Positions 62,857-64,000 of a stretch of DNA of 64,000 bases are shown in pieces. Origin of the DNA: Vicinamibacteria bacterium (GTDB lineage Bacteria; Acidobacteriota; Vicinamibacteria; Marinacidobacterales; Marinacidobacteraceae); assembly GCA_963668695.2 (NCBI GenBank), contig CAXXLQ010000004.1, forward strand, positions 3,584,001 to 3,648,000. The letters are read 5' to 3'. A program made the position numbers and the translations under genes. The notes below the pieces were generated by a model. That model worked only from the letters and a program-made list of their open reading frames with translations, did no database searches and was not told where the DNA came from. Numbering within the stretch: the stretch's first letter is position 1; every line of letters starts with the position of its first letter.

Positions 62857-63111
62857 ATGACCCCGCGACGTGCGCTGGTCTCCCGGATTCTGGAAGGCCG
62901 CTCGGGTGCGAACATTCGCTTCTCCGAACTGCTGCAACTTCTCCGGAACCTGAGATTCATCGAGCGAGTTCGGGGGAGTCACCACATATTCCGAAGAGCC
63001 AGGATCCGGGAACTTCTGACCCTTCAACGGGACAATGGTCTGGCGAAGCCCTATCAGGTCCGGCAGGTGCGCCAACTCCTCCTGAAGTACGATCTGGAGA
63101 CAGGCCAATGA
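62857..63111 (+). CDS. hicA: HicA-family toxin
   Basis: NIRFSEL, GSHHIF, AKPYQVRQ. Confidence 0.88.
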   Translation: MTPRRALVSRILEGRSGANIRFSELLQLLRNLRFIERVRGSHHIFRRARIRELLTLQRDNGLAKPYQVRQVRQLLLKYDLETGQ

Positions 63112-63323
63112 CCTACAAATACGAGATCATCCTCTATTGGAGCCAGGTGGACGGCGCGTTCGTGGCTGAAGTCCCGGAGCTTCCCGGATGCATGGCCCAC
63201 GGCGACACGCAGGAAGGTGCCATCCGCAACATCAACGAGGCGATTGCTCTCTGGATCGCTACGGCCGAGGAGTTCGGCGACCCCGTCCCGGAGCCGAAAG
63301 GCGAACGCCTGATGCTGGCCTGA
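63108..63323 (+). CDS. hicB: HicB-family antitoxin (short form)
   Basis: FVAEVPELPGCMAHGDTQE..EAIALW..GDPVPEP; ATGA overlap with hicA. Confidence 0.92.
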   Translation: MTYKYEIILYWSQVDGAFVAEVPELPGCMAHGDTQEGAIRNINEAIALWIATAEEFGDPVPEPKGERLMLA

Positions 63324-63414
63324 GGGAGCAGATCCCGAGACCATGGGTGACCAACGTCCCAAGCGCTCCGCCTGCGCTGGCACGATTCGAATTGGCGCCT
63401 GAATCTCGCCCTCC

Positions 63415-64000
63415 ATGCGCACCGTCCATTTCCTGACCATCGGACAGTCGCCGCGGCCGGACGTGGTGCCGGAGATTCTCGGCATGCTGGGGGATGCCGC
63501 AGCGACGATCACGGCCGTCGAAGCCGGGGCGCTCGACGGGCTCTCGCGAGAGGACGTGCGGGCGGGCGCACCGCGCGACGGCGAGATGCCGCTGGTTTCC
63601 CGGCTTCGGAGCGGCGAAGAGGTGGTGATCGGGGAGGACTTCGTCGAAGAGCGGATGGCGGCGCTCCTCACCGATATCCCGGCGGGCGATGTCGCGGCCA
63701 TCCTCTGCACCGGCCCCTTTCGCGGGATCCCGGAGCGGCCGGGACTCGTGAAGGCGGGCCCGATCTTCGACGCGACGCTCCGGGGCGCCACGCCTCCGGG
63801 GGCCACCGTGGGGATGCTGATCCCCGAACCGCGGCAGGAAGAAGATGCCCGCCGGCGGGTGCCGGATGGGTCCCGGTGCGTGATCGGCGTGGCGTCGCCC
63901 TATTCGGACGACGGGGTAGAGGAACGGCTGGCCGCGTGCTTTCGCGAGGCGGACGTCATCGGGTTGAACTGCCTGGGCTACAACGGGCCGCTGGAGGACG
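63415..64000 (+). CDS. AroM-family protein (runs off the window end; not in the ORF track)
   Basis: Own translation: MRTVHFLTIGQSPRPDVV..GALDGL..LVSRLRSG..LCTG..ASPY..LNCLGY. Confidence 0.8.
   Translation, partial: MRTVHFLTIGQSPRPDVVPEILGMLGDAAATITAVEAGALDGLSREDVRAGAPRDGEMPLVSRLRSGEEVVIGEDFVEERMAALLTDIPAGDVAAILCTGPFRGIPERPGLVKAGPIFDATLRGATPPGATVGMLIPEPRQEEDARRRVPDGSRCVIGVASPYSDDGVEERLAACFREADVIGLNCLGYNGPLED

Overview
GC-rich bacterial chromosomal window; gene content suggests Acidobacteriota (inference). It is mostly housekeeping: greA-nfeD-SPFH; dnaK(frameshifted)-dnaJ-hspR-ATPase; tyrA divergent from trpEG-aroF-aroB-aroA-aroK/D/E fusion-aroC; tRNA-Ala-lolA-secretin; a thiE-TPR/NHL-PEGA/PDZ-FHA-ldcA-mpl run; rpsP-rimM-trmD-rplS; aspS-phoH-HD-ybeY-hlyC-era; and a hydantoinase/DUF917/AroM cluster. 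There are two IS4-family elements, two toxin-antitoxin pairs and a duplicated creatininase-family gene. The intergenic DNA is dense in repeats: a YTAR-targeting MITE family that often abuts stop codons, GGAG-REP-like palindromes and other hairpin repeats. The most unusual signal is an 18-20 bp module (CCAGTTCTCCCGGTGGGG[GC]), about 27 copies counted by eye, inserted without target duplication at six or more different sites inside other repeats. Other highlights: a UGA-readthrough (probable selenocysteine) peroxiredoxin with a downstream hairpin, shikimate genes in fungal AROM domain order, and a 6S-RNA-like rod hairpin with its own sigma70 promoter between aspS and phoH. All calls are by eye, with no database searches.
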